Below are positions 18,674 to 28,448 of a stretch of DNA of 64,000 nucleotides, piece by piece. Below the pieces are notes generated by a model. That model searched no databases. It was not told the DNA's origin and worked only from the letters and a program-made list of their open reading frames with translations. The DNA is taken from assembly GCA_902563095.1 (NCBI GenBank), contig CACEWA010000001.1, positions 24,540-88,539 on the forward strand, given 5' to 3'. The stretch is from an uncultured Candidatus Poseidoniales archaeon (GTDB lineage: Archaea > Thermoplasmatota > Poseidoniia > Poseidoniales > Poseidoniaceae). Positions within the stretch are counted from its first letter, which is position 1. The number at the start of each line of letters is the position of its first letter. Both the position numbers and the translations under genes were made by a program.

Positions 18674-20157
18674 GGAAACCTCCTATTGATTGTAATGAAT
18701 GGAGAAGGAATTGCGGATTCTACTCCTGAAGAAGTCAAAATTCTTCCGTGATTTGTTGATTCACATGCTGCTGCAATGAGAAGCCCAGCATTGCCAATTT
18801 GTGCACCGATATTTGGGCTCCAACCATCAGGCCATAATCTGTCAATCATGTCAGTTGTAGTCCAACCGTCTACCACATCGGGGTTAGTGCACAACTCTCG
18901 AAGGAATCTCACATTCGTTGTACATCCAAGTACCACGAAATCATCTAGTGCTCTTCCCATACGCTGCAATGCTTCCTCCCTGGAAGGCGCCCAAACAATC
19001 AATTTGGCAAGCATTGGGTCATAATCGGGCGTCACTGAATCTCCCTCGCGCACGCCTGTATCCAGGCGAACTCCGGGGCCGGTTGGAGCAATAAATTTCT
19101 TCAATTCACCAATTGCTGGAAGGAAATTATTGGAAGGGTCCTCTGCATATAATCGAACTTCGATTGCGTGGCCTCGCATGTTAAGTGGGCCACAACTCAT
19201 CGGTTCGCCGCCAGCGATTCTAAGTTGCTCGCGGACCAAATCGACTCCTGTGACCATCTCAGTCACAGGGTGTTCTACCTGAATTCTAGTATTCATTTCC
19301 AAAAAGAAAAACTCCCCCTTGGGCGTTACTAGGAACTCAACAGTTCCTGCTCCCTCATAGTCAACTGCACGGGCTGCATCACAAGCAGCTTCACCCATTG
19401 CTTCACGTAATTCTACATCTAAGGCAACGCTCGGGGATTCTTCGAAGACCTTCTGGTGTCTTCTTTGAATACTACATTCGCGCTCGCCAAGATGTATGGT
19501 TCGACCATACTTATCGGCCAATACTTGAATCTCAATATGTCGACTACCGCCCAATAGTCTCTCGACGTAGATTCTGTCGTCACCAAAGGCGTTGAGAGCC
19601 TCCCTCATGGCGGCCTTCGCTTCACTTTCGAGATCTTCTTGCTTGTGCACGGCGCGCATACCTTTGCCGCCACCTCCTGCAGTCGCTTTCAGAAGCAGAG
19701 GGTAGCCAACAGACGGAGCGATTTCAAGAACTTCCTCAAATCCTCCAGATACTTCTTCACCTGGAATAACCGGGACTCCGGCTTCCTTCATTGTAATACG
19801 GGCAGTCATTTTGTCTCCCATTTTTGTTATGGCGTCCGGTGAAGGCCCTACCCAAATTAAACCTGAATCCATAACCGCTTGAGCAAAGTCAGCACGCTCA
19901 GACAAAAATCCAAATCCAGGATGGATTGAATCACAACCATTGTCTATAGCGATTTGTAAAATCTGTTCTTGGTTTAGATATGTTTCAGCAAGACCTTCTC
20001 CATCAAGTTGAATCGCCATATCTGCTAACTCTGTGAATAACGTACCTGAATCATTAGCCGCATAGATTGCAACACCTTCTATGTCTGCCTCTCGACAAGC
20101 ACGTAGGATACGGCATGCTATCTCACCGCGATTTGCGACAAGAGTACGCTTTAGCAT
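18670..20157 (-). CDS. Biotin carboxylase subunit
   Basis: LVANRGEIACR, IHPGFGFLSE, KATAGGGGKGMR, RECSIQRRHQK, EMNTRIQVEHPVTE; start moved to 20157. Confidence 0.95.
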   Translation of the reverse strand: MLKRTLVANRGEIACRILRACREADIEGVAIYAANDSGTLFTELADMAIQLDGEGLAETYLNQEQILQIAIDNGCDSIHPGFGFLSERADFAQAVMDSGLIWVGPSPDAITKMGDKMTARITMKEAGVPVIPGEEVSGGFEEVLEIAPSVGYPLLLKATAGGGGKGMRAVHKQEDLESEAKAAMREALNAFGDDRIYVERLLGGSRHIEIQVLADKYGRTIHLGERECSIQRRHQKVFEESPSVALDVELREAMGEAACDAARAVDYEGAGTVEFLVTPKGEFFFLEMNTRIQVEHPVTEMVTGVDLVREQLRIAGGEPMSCGPLNMRGHAIEVRLYAEDPSNNFLPAIGELKKFIAPTGPGVRLDTGVREGDSVTPDYDPMLAKLIVWAPSREEALQRMGRALDDFVVLGCTTNVRFLRELCTNPDVVDGWTTTDMIDRLWPDGWSPNIGAQIGNAGLLIAAACESTNHGRILTSSGVESAIPSPFITINRRFP

Positions 20158-20161
20158 CGAA

Positions 20162-20998
20162 TCACTCCTCTGATTTCCAATTAGCACTTCGCTTTTCGAG
20201 GAAAGAGGACAGGCCTTCTTGGCCTTCTTCACTACCGCGCATTCTACTGGTGAAATCAAGTGTCCACAACCTTAGAGATTCATCATTTTCATTCCATCTA
20301 TCAAATCCAAGTGTCAATTCCTTGGCTGCAGTGACTGCGCAAGGACCTGTCGATAGAACTTCAGCAATAACACCAGATTCATCCAATGAATCATCAACAC
20401 CGTCAATCATTCCAATCCGAAGTGCTTCTGTTGTATCCATTCTACCAGCTAGCATAGCGTGACGACGGAAATTAGCGCTGCCAATTCTTCTGTAAACGTA
20501 TGGGCCAATTACTGCGGGTAGAATTCCTAACTTCCCTTCAGAAAGGGCGATTTTGACCTTTGAATCACAAATTACGTGGTCAAGGCATGCAATCAATCCT
20601 GCTCCTCCGCCAAGGGCAACGCCCTGAATTTTACCAATAGTGAAACATGGATGGGACCATAGACCATTGAATAGCGAATCGAGTCTTTCTGAATCTCTAC
20701 GATTCTCTTCGGGTGTATTTGCACCTGCATCTCGCATCATGTTGATGTCGGCTCCAGCACAGAAATGTTTGCCTTCTCCTGACAAAACAAGAACTCTGAA
20801 GTAGGGTTTACCATCTTCAGATTCGAGCTTTCCAGTAACACCAACAGAGTTCTTTGCTGTCCAAGTAAATACCTCGATCAACTCAGAAATCATCTGAACA
20901 TTTAGGGCGTTATATTTGTCGGAACGGGCCAAGGTCACCCTAGCAATGCATCCATCGATTTCCAATTGAATAAGTGAAGTTTCCGGTTGAGTGTTCAT
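20162..20998 (-). CDS. Methylglutaconyl-CoA hydratase-like enoyl-CoA hydratase
   Basis: HFCAGADINMM, ALGGGAGL, LSEGKLGILPAVIGPY; lies between the carboxylase subunits. Confidence 0.85.
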   Translation of the reverse strand: MNTQPETSLIQLEIDGCIARVTLARSDKYNALNVQMISELIEVFTWTAKNSVGVTGKLESEDGKPYFRVLVLSGEGKHFCAGADINMMRDAGANTPEENRRDSERLDSLFNGLWSHPCFTIGKIQGVALGGGAGLIACLDHVICDSKVKIALSEGKLGILPAVIGPYVYRRIGSANFRRHAMLAGRMDTTEALRIGMIDGVDDSLDESGVIAEVLSTGPCAVTAAKELTLGFDRWNENDESLRLWTLDFTSRMRGSEEGQEGLSSFLEKRSANWKSEE

Positions 20999-21033
20999 AT
21001 CTAATTCTCCAATTGCAAAATTTAAATTTTCAA

Positions 21034-22644
21034 TTACATTCTAAAGACGCCAAATCGGTCATCTGGTAACTTAGCATTTTGACTAGCGGCAATACATAAC
21101 CCTAGTATATCGCGAGTGTCCCTAGGGTCGATTATTCCATCATCCCAAAGTCTGGCAGTAGAATAATACGGGCTTCCTTCGGTTTCATATTTCTCAAGAA
21201 TTGGAGCACGGAATGCTTCCAACTCTTCGCCTTGCATAGGAGAATTACCCTCTCTTGCCCTCTGGTCTTGCTTGACAGTAGTTAGAACGTCTGCTGCCTG
21301 AGGGCCACCCATTACTGAAATTCGGCTGTTTGGCCACATGAACAAGAATCTAGGATCATAGGCTCTCCCACACATTCCGTAATTTCCTGCTCCGTGAGAG
21401 CCACCTACTATTACTGTGAATTTAGGAACGTTTACGCAAGAGACCGCAGTTACCAATTTGGCCCCATCTTTAGCTATGCCGCCAGCCTCATATGCTTTAC
21501 CGACCATGAAACCAGTAATATTCTGCAAGAAGACCAATGGAATCCCTCTCTGGCCACACAGTTCTACAAAGTGTGCGCCTTTTAGCGAAGATTCTGAGAA
21601 TAATATTCCGTTATTTGCAACGATTCCGACTTTGTATCCATGGATATGTGCAAAACCACAAACCAGCGTTTGACCGTATCTCGATTTGAATTCGTGAAAC
21701 CGGCTTCCATCAACAATTCTTGCGATGATTTCCTTGACATCAACAGGAGTGCGATTATCTGCAGGAATCAATCCTAGAAGTTCATCTGGATCATAAAACG
21801 GCCCTTCAGCATCAATTCTCTCAAACGGGGCTAGTTCCCTAGAGCCTAGGTTCTCGACAACATTCCGCACCATTCTTAGAGCCTCATCCTCATCTTCTGC
21901 AAAATGATCTGCAACACCGCTCTGTGAGGTGTGCACATCCGCTCCCCCGAGCTCTTCAGCGGTTACTTCTTCACCTGTAGCCGCTTTGACAAGTGGAGGC
22001 CCTGCTAGGAAAATAGTACCATTTCCTTTGACGATGATCGACTCATCACTCATTGCTGGCACATAGGCCCCTCCCGCAGTGCAACTACCGAGAACTGCGG
22101 CAACTTGAGGGATACCGTCGCCAGACATTTTGGCCTGGTTTCTGAATATTCGGCCGAAGTGTCCGATATCGGGGAATACCTCATCTTGCATTGGAAGGAA
22201 AGCGCCTCCAGAATCAACAAGATAGATACAAGGGAGGTTGTTCTCATGAGCCACTGTTTGTGCGCGAATATGCTTCTTAACAGTCATTGGATAGTATGAG
22301 CCGCCTTTTACAGTAGCATCATTTGCAACGAAAAGACATTCTCGGCCGTGGACTAATCCAACGCCAGTAACAATGCCGGCACTGCTTGCCTTTCCATCGT
22401 ACAAATCGTATGCAGCTAACGGTGATAACTCCATGAATGCAGTTCCGGGATCGATGATTTTCTCAATCCTTTCACGCGCTAACATCTTACCCCTACTTCG
22501 ATGCCTTTCGACATATTTTTCGCCCCCTCCTTGATTTACAACATCTAGGCGCTGGCGTAAAGTTTCAATCAATTCTTGATTATGATTCCGATGTTTTTGG
22601 AAGTCCGGGTCGGCACGATTGACACGAGTTGGTAGCCTATCCAT
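21034..22644 (-). CDS. Methylcrotonyl-CoA carboxylase beta (carboxyltransferase) subunit
   Basis: [75 protein letters not shown]. Confidence 0.93.
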   Translation of the reverse strand: MDRLPTRVNRADPDFQKHRNHNQELIETLRQRLDVVNQGGGEKYVERHRSRGKMLARERIEKIIDPGTAFMELSPLAAYDLYDGKASSAGIVTGVGLVHGRECLFVANDATVKGGSYYPMTVKKHIRAQTVAHENNLPCIYLVDSGGAFLPMQDEVFPDIGHFGRIFRNQAKMSGDGIPQVAAVLGSCTAGGAYVPAMSDESIIVKGNGTIFLAGPPLVKAATGEEVTAEELGGADVHTSQSGVADHFAEDEDEALRMVRNVVENLGSRELAPFERIDAEGPFYDPDELLGLIPADNRTPVDVKEIIARIVDGSRFHEFKSRYGQTLVCGFAHIHGYKVGIVANNGILFSESSLKGAHFVELCGQRGIPLVFLQNITGFMVGKAYEAGGIAKDGAKLVTAVSCVNVPKFTVIVGGSHGAGNYGMCGRAYDPRFLFMWPNSRISVMGGPQAADVLTTVKQDQRAREGNSPMQGEELEAFRAPILEKYETEGSPYYSTARLWDDGIIDPRDTRDILGLCIAASQNAKLPDDRFGVFRM

Positions 22645-22692
22645 GTCTTCCCCTCAAATCACCGAAGGTAGATTGCGACTTGAATCAACCGC

Positions 22693-23970
22693 TTACACGC
22701 CGAGGATTAATCTTCCAATATCTCGAAGCCCTGGAGCCATACCTACAATCATCACTGCTAGTACAATTAACACTCGTAAATGCTGCTGCCTAGACTCAAT
22801 TCTTAGTTGTGAGAACATCCAAATTATCAGAGTTGCAAGTGCTGCCTTAACCAAGAAAAAGAGCCAAGCGCCTTCACCCAGTATGTCGAAACCGTTGCCG
22901 AATTGGATTACAGCATCTGATAGTGGATGTTTTTCAGAGTATCCAAACCAATCAATACCAACCATTGTTGCCAGTCCGTCGCAAAGTTGACCGAATAACA
23001 TACCCGCAACCATCGGAGTTGCAAGAATTCCCTTAGGCGATAATACCTCTACGGGATGGCTGGAACGGTCTTCGCTCTCCCATTGGTCCAATGTCATTCC
23101 ATCTGGAATTAATCCAACAACGTTACCGGTTAATCGTAATTGAGCTAAATCTTCCACACCTTGGCGCCATACAGCCCAGGTGATAATCAAAGGAATGACA
23201 ACCACTACAAGAACAGGCCACAATATTTCATTATCTCGCGGCAACAGTCCGCTATCTTGAACCCATGGAGTTGATGCTAATTGCACCCAATGTCCTAATC
23301 CCATTGTTATCAAACCGGTTGCAAAAGCCAACATTGCTCGGGTGATTGGTTCCCAATCCCATGTATTGTGAATCACTACTGCTATCATTACTGCTCCAGC
23401 GATTGAACCTCCAAGAATCCAGAATTGGCCAGTCTCGTGCACGTGAATACTCGGTAGTACCAACAGCCCTGTGAAGGCGATGTACGCCACCAGCAACATT
23501 GCTAGCATTGAAAGTTGATTTTTCTTACAAATATGTCCGATGAATGCAGAAACTATCAGCCATGCAGCCAAATGAATGTGAATTAATGGTGAGATGAATA
23601 AAACGTCGATTCCTTCTTTGAAATAATCAGCATCTTCCATTACCCTGAGAACCGGAGCAAGGGCGACCCACGAGATTAGTGCCCACACCATACGGTCGTC
23701 AACAGGTAGTTGCCACTTTCTAAATAAGGCTTGAAAGACAATCACTGCGGCGATCATCGTAAGGATATACACAATAGTATTCACTTCTGAATAACCTGCA
23801 TCTCCAGTAGTTCCAGCGTCCTTTACGATTGGATCCCAAATGTAGACTTTGACAAAGTCGTCCCAAAACAACTCAGGAGCAAAAATAAGGCCGCCTACAA
23901 CAACGAGCGAAATTAAACCAAATAGGGAAAGAAGAATCCTCTCTCCGTTGGAGAATTCTGTGTCTTCCAT
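22693..23970 (-). CDS. DUF63-family archaeal membrane protein
   Basis: GYSEVNTIVY, PVLRVMEDA, DGLATMVGI..FGYSEKHPL, GMAPGLRD. Confidence 0.75.
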   Translation of the reverse strand: MEDTEFSNGERILLSLFGLISLVVVGGLIFAPELFWDDFVKVYIWDPIVKDAGTTGDAGYSEVNTIVYILTMIAAVIVFQALFRKWQLPVDDRMVWALISWVALAPVLRVMEDADYFKEGIDVLFISPLIHIHLAAWLIVSAFIGHICKKNQLSMLAMLLVAYIAFTGLLVLPSIHVHETGQFWILGGSIAGAVMIAVVIHNTWDWEPITRAMLAFATGLITMGLGHWVQLASTPWVQDSGLLPRDNEILWPVLVVVVIPLIITWAVWRQGVEDLAQLRLTGNVVGLIPDGMTLDQWESEDRSSHPVEVLSPKGILATPMVAGMLFGQLCDGLATMVGIDWFGYSEKHPLSDAVIQFGNGFDILGEGAWLFFLVKAALATLIIWMFSQLRIESRQQHLRVLIVLAVMIVGMAPGLRDIGRLILGV

Positions 23971-24012
23971 GATTGTCTCACGCCGTCACAGGTGATGAGC
24001 ATTCCGCGGACA

Positions 24013-24777
24013 TCACTCTTCTTCGCTACTTGTATCGCAATCTTCGGATTCACAGGTTGTATCTGGACAACATGATTTGTTCTCTTCCTCCTCAGACGCA
24101 ACGCGAGGTTCGTGAACTTCAACGAATGACACCTTTCCAGCCTCTACAGCATCTCTAAGAACAGTTACTAAGCGGAACTTTTGCATTGCAGCATTAGGGT
24201 CGAATAGCATAGTTTGAGGTACGACGATTGAAATGTCATCACCTTCAAATGAAACTTCGAAACCTTCCTGTCCAGTATTTGCTTCAAGTAGTGCAGCAAC
24301 TTTCTCTTCCTTGCCTTCGATGACCTTTACAATCTTGTAATCGTACTTCAGTGTACGTCCGGCCATAGGATGGTTGTAATCGATACGAGCACGGCCTGCT
24401 GCTAAGTAGGACAGAATTCCTTGTCGACCATCAACGGTAACTGGTCCACCGATATACAGCGACTTAGGGTCACGGACATGGCGTAGAAGTTTATCGATAG
24501 AAATAGTTTCAATTTGTTCTGGATCTTTTTCTCCATAGGCATCTGCCGGAGCGATCTCTAGAGAAACATCCTTGTCTGCTTCAGCTTCTAGTAGACTGTC
24601 CTCGAAACCAGAAATTAGGTTTCCAGCACCAACCACACAGACAAGAGGAGTGTAAGTTCTACCCTCTTGATGCATGTCATGCTCCTTTGCGACTTCTTCT
24701 CTAGTGGTCTCAATCAAATCGCCGGAGTCTGCGTTATACAGGTCATAATCGACGTGGACAATGGTTCCTTCTTCCAT
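24013..24777 (-). CDS. slyD: Long-type FKBP peptidyl-prolyl isomerase (SlyD-like)
   Basis: IETT.EEVA, GNLISGFE, IAPADAYG, RIDYNHPMAGRTL. Confidence 0.9.
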   Translation of the reverse strand: MEEGTIVHVDYDLYNADSGDLIETTREEVAKEHDMHQEGRTYTPLVCVVGAGNLISGFEDSLLEAEADKDVSLEIAPADAYGEKDPEQIETISIDKLLRHVRDPKSLYIGGPVTVDGRQGILSYLAAGRARIDYNHPMAGRTLKYDYKIVKVIEGKEEKVAALLEANTGQEGFEVSFEGDDISIVVPQTMLFDPNAAMQKFRLVTVLRDAVEAGKVSFVEVHEPRVASEEEENKSCCPDTTCESEDCDTSSEEE

Positions 24778-24792
24778 GGTTATTCACCTATC

Positions 24793-24807
24793 GCCCCCTA
24801 CGGGGGC
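24793..24807. repeat. GC-rich intergenic hairpin GCCCCC-TAC-GGGGGC
   Basis: Perfect 6-bp inverted repeat between the ccmF stop and the slyD start. Confidence 0.7.
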
Positions 24808-24832
24808 AATTCGGCGACCAACCATCCCTATT

Positions 24833-27139
24833 TCAATCAGTTGGGTCTTTACGCGGCAACCAGATTGCAAGACTTGACAACAACATTAGTGTCCATCCGC
24901 CCCATACTAAGTGGATGCCTGGCAAATCATAGACCATGATTCTGACTAAGTCGCTTCCTTCCATCAATGAACGCGCTTGTGTACCATCCATAATCAAAAC
25001 CAAATCACCATGCCACATACTAATCCTGTCTATTTCAGAACGGGAGCGAGTATCAAATCTAAGTACACCAGGCTCCACAGTTTCTATCAATTCACCATCG
25101 TCATAGACATTGATTACAGCTCCGAGATAGCCGTCGCCGACTTCAAGATCATCTGTCTGAGTAACGACCTCGGTAAACTCAAATTCGTAACCTCCCCATT
25201 CAACTCTCTCATCTTTGATTAGAGTCACAGTATGGGAAAAGGTCCCTCTATCGATTATTGTCGTACTCATCACATGACCGATGATTAACAAGACAAGGCC
25301 CAGATGAATCAAATGGGCGAAAAATGGTATATCGCGTTTACCAAAATTTTCCTTGGCTAGAGAGATTGTTGCTGGCAATGCTAAAAGGGCAGGAATCAAG
25401 ATTACAATTCCAATCTGACCTCGGTTAAGAGATGCTCCAAGAATATCTTTTGAATCGTAACCAAGTGAGGCTCCAAAGAACCATGCGGCAACGAGAATTA
25501 GAGGAGTTGAAGCCATCATGTAGAATACTCTCTTTGGCCTATCTCTAATACTCCAAGATACAAATGCAAGCATTATGGCAGCAATGAATGGTGCACCATA
25601 CAATTCATGTGCAGCAAATTGAATCGAGTCGATGCTTGAAATCAAAATCACCAATGTTAGAATGAGATACAAGCCAACTACAACGACAGGCGCCCACAGA
25701 ACTAATCTCTGTTGAGTGCTTCTTTCCATGAATGAAAATTTTGTTTCCCCGTTATCCTCAGCAAAGAACCATGGAGATACGAATGTAGTCATACCTATGG
25801 CGCATATTGTTATGTCCAACATTCCCGACCATGATGCTGATAAAAACAGCATGACCCCAGCACTTGCCCAACCCCAAGCCTTGAATCGTTCTTTTTCAAA
25901 AATTAGACCAAATGCAAACAACAGAGACAATAATTCAAACAGTACCATTCCATGAATGAACCGTAATACTACCATTATACCAGGTATTGCAAACCATTTC
26001 CAATCATGTCCTTCAGGTAATGACCTGATGCCGGATTCTACGAAAGGTCCCAATCCCAATATTACCAAAAGAGTGGGTGGGAATCCATCTAGGATATCTC
26101 CGCCCCCGATAATTCCAATTGTTGCTACAATTGGTAGTAACGCTAGCCAATAATTCGAGAACTGAAAACCTAGCCTTGAAGCAAGGAAAATTGCTAGTAA
26201 CTGAAGTATCCCAAGGAAGTATACTACCACTTCAATACCACTTGCATCAGAAAGTAAGACCATGATTCGCCCAAATACATCACCCGGAGGAGAAGCGGCA
26301 GAATTCACAACGAATGTATGGACGCTCACTGCCCAAACTCCTCCGGCTCTGGTAACCATTGTAGCGAAAAGGGCGAGAGCCCCGCAAGCCATTGCAACTC
26401 CTGCCCACATATGGTCGGGCGTCCTACCTGGCCGAGTTCTTAGATGCAGTAACATAACCAAGCAAATCCACGGCAATAACGAACCGGTTTCCACTGGATC
26501 CCAGGCCCAATAGCCACCCCAATCTAGAATCAAATAGGCCCATAATCCACCTAAGCCAATTCCTAAAGTCGCGAAGAAGAAAGCAGGTCTAGCGACTTGG
26601 ATTAACCTGTCCTTAATTCCTGTGAAATTCGTCAATATTGAAGAAATTGCAATACAAGCTAAAGTAATACACAAGGAATATGCTAGGAAGATAAGAGGTG
26701 GGTGAATTACCATCAAGTCTGTCTGCAACAATTCATTCAGACCAGGCCCTCGGACATCTGCTGGCTTGAATGGTTGTAAAATCCATGCAACCAATAAGAG
26801 AGTTAGTGCGAAACCATTCATCAATCGCAGTCTGAGCAAATGCGTTTCTTCAGATTCTGATGCTAGTGGGTTTCTCCATATTATTGACAATAGAGCCATC
26901 CATGCTACCCAAAGGAGGATTGGCCCCTCTCTAGCAGCCCATGTGGCTGCAAATCTGTATTTTAGTGGGAGTTCTGCACCTCCATACCAAGCAACAAGAT
27001 GAATTGTGTCGTAATTCATTGTAAACATGAATGCCAATAGAAAAAATGGTAGTGCTAGAATCCATGTTACCTTTGGATCAGGTCGAAAGGTTACCCACGC
27101 TGCAACAAATACAGCGAATGGCATCAGCAAAGATTCCAT
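24833..27139 (-). CDS. ccmF: Cytochrome c biogenesis heme lyase, CcmF family
   Basis: WAAREGPILLW, GLNELLQ...MVIHPP, WGGYWAWDPVET (WWD domain), SVHTF. Confidence 0.88.
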   Translation of the reverse strand: MESLLMPFAVFVAAWVTFRPDPKVTWILALPFFLLAFMFTMNYDTIHLVAWYGGAELPLKYRFAATWAAREGPILLWVAWMALLSIIWRNPLASESEETHLLRLRLMNGFALTLLLVAWILQPFKPADVRGPGLNELLQTDLMVIHPPLIFLAYSLCITLACIAISSILTNFTGIKDRLIQVARPAFFFATLGIGLGGLWAYLILDWGGYWAWDPVETGSLLPWICLVMLLHLRTRPGRTPDHMWAGVAMACGALALFATMVTRAGGVWAVSVHTFVVNSAASPPGDVFGRIMVLLSDASGIEVVVYFLGILQLLAIFLASRLGFQFSNYWLALLPIVATIGIIGGGDILDGFPPTLLVILGLGPFVESGIRSLPEGHDWKWFAIPGIMVVLRFIHGMVLFELLSLLFAFGLIFEKERFKAWGWASAGVMLFLSASWSGMLDITICAIGMTTFVSPWFFAEDNGETKFSFMERSTQQRLVLWAPVVVVGLYLILTLVILISSIDSIQFAAHELYGAPFIAAIMLAFVSWSIRDRPKRVFYMMASTPLILVAAWFFGASLGYDSKDILGASLNRGQIGIVILIPALLALPATISLAKENFGKRDIPFFAHLIHLGLVLLIIGHVMSTTIIDRGTFSHTVTLIKDERVEWGGYEFEFTEVVTQTDDLEVGDGYLGAVINVYDDGELIETVEPGVLRFDTRSRSEIDRISMWHGDLVLIMDGTQARSLMEGSDLVRIMVYDLPGIHLVWGGWTLMLLSSLAIWLPRKDPTD

Positions 27140-27143
27140 CTAT

Positions 27144-28370
27144 TCACCATCCGAAATGCTTCGCCCTCGAATAACCAAATGAAAGTAGAACACTAATCAC
27201 GCCTTTAGTGTACAAGAAAGGATGGCGTACCAAAATTTTCAATCCAATCCATAGTTTGTCAAGTACTGACATTGAACCTAATTCCTCGGGCAAACATTTG
27301 GCCATATTGGATAGTTCTTGATCACTCAAATCATACAGTGATGTTTTCCCCTTCAAAATCTTGTGATATGGTGGGAAGCGCTTCTTCCAAGCCTTGACGT
27401 AACTCTGCATTTTTGAATCGGACAAATCGCCTTCAGAAATTGCTGCAGCAATAGTTTGAGCCGCTTGTCTGCCTGACCATAAAGCAAGATGAGAACCTCC
27501 TTCAAACAGCGGTGAAGTAAATCCTGCCGCATCTCCAACCAGAATCAAACCATCTCCAGTAGTAATTTCTCTAGGCCCAGAGATTGGTATTGTACCGCCG
27601 AATGGCCTTGGTTTGATTCCGGGTTTTCTCCATTCTGGATTCTGAATACCTTTACCTTTGAGATAAGTATCCTCAACAAATTTGTCGAGATATTTGATGG
27701 CGCCCTTCTTGTCAGTAGTAACAAGGCCAACATTTGCTCTTCCGCCTTTCTTAGGAATCATCCAAACATATCCATGCGGAGAATATTCAGGCCAGAGATA
27801 GAAATCCAAATAACCGTCATTATCTACTTCTGTCATCTCATATTGGAATCCTGCAATCACTTCAACTTCAGTTCCCATGTCAAGTAATTTTGTGGCCGCT
27901 CCTGTCACTCCAGAGGCATCGATTACTGCTTTGCATTCAATAGGAAACTCGTCTCCACGTCCATCAATTTTCCAATTGACAAATTCATTTTTGCTATTGT
28001 AAATTCTTTCCATAGAAGTTACCCTGTGAGAGAGGTGTAGGCTAGCTCCTTTCTTGACCGCCTCATCACACAACCATTGTTCGAATTTATGTTTCTCGAG
28101 AACATATCCTTTCTCTGTCAACAACTTTGCAGTACCATCGGGAAATATTACGCGAATACCTTTGCAATCAAGTGCGATCACATCTTCCGGCAATTCCAAA
28201 TCAAGATTGTCGACTGCCATCTGCGATAGGCATTCTCCGCAGTGCACTGGCACTCCGACTTCGGCATCAGCCTCTACAATCATTGTACTGAGGCCTGCGC
28301 GAGCGGAGTGTAGAGCGGCCGAACCCCCTCCTGGGCCGGCGCCGATAACCAGAACGTCGCAACTCGCCAT
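27144..28370 (-). CDS. Geranylgeranyl reductase family FAD oxidoreductase
   Basis: DVLVIGAGPGG, P.HCGE, GYVWMIPK, LVGDAAG..SPLFEGG; start moved to the ATG at 28370. Confidence 0.88.
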   Translation of the reverse strand: MASCDVLVIGAGPGGGSAALHSARAGLSTMIVEADAEVGVPVHCGECLSQMAVDNLDLELPEDVIALDCKGIRVIFPDGTAKLLTEKGYVLEKHKFEQWLCDEAVKKGASLHLSHRVTSMERIYNSKNEFVNWKIDGRGDEFPIECKAVIDASGVTGAATKLLDMGTEVEVIAGFQYEMTEVDNDGYLDFYLWPEYSPHGYVWMIPKKGGRANVGLVTTDKKGAIKYLDKFVEDTYLKGKGIQNPEWRKPGIKPRPFGGTIPISGPREITTGDGLILVGDAAGFTSPLFEGGSHLALWSGRQAAQTIAAAISEGDLSDSKMQSYVKAWKKRFPPYHKILKGKTSLYDLSDQELSNMAKCLPEELGSMSVLDKLWIGLKILVRHPFLYTKGVISVLLSFGYSRAKHFGW

Positions 28371-28389
28371 GCCTCCCCGAAGGGGAGGC
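28371..28389. repeat. Perfect hairpin GCCTCCCC-GAA-GGGGAGGC abutting the GGR start codon
   Basis: 8-bp stem; on the minus strand it reads gcctcccc-TTCG-gggaggc-ATG. Confidence 0.8.
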
Positions 28390-28448
28390 GGGACTTCAAT
28401 GAGTCGGCACAGAACAAGTATTGATGAGGAGGTCCTCCTAGCGGTATC

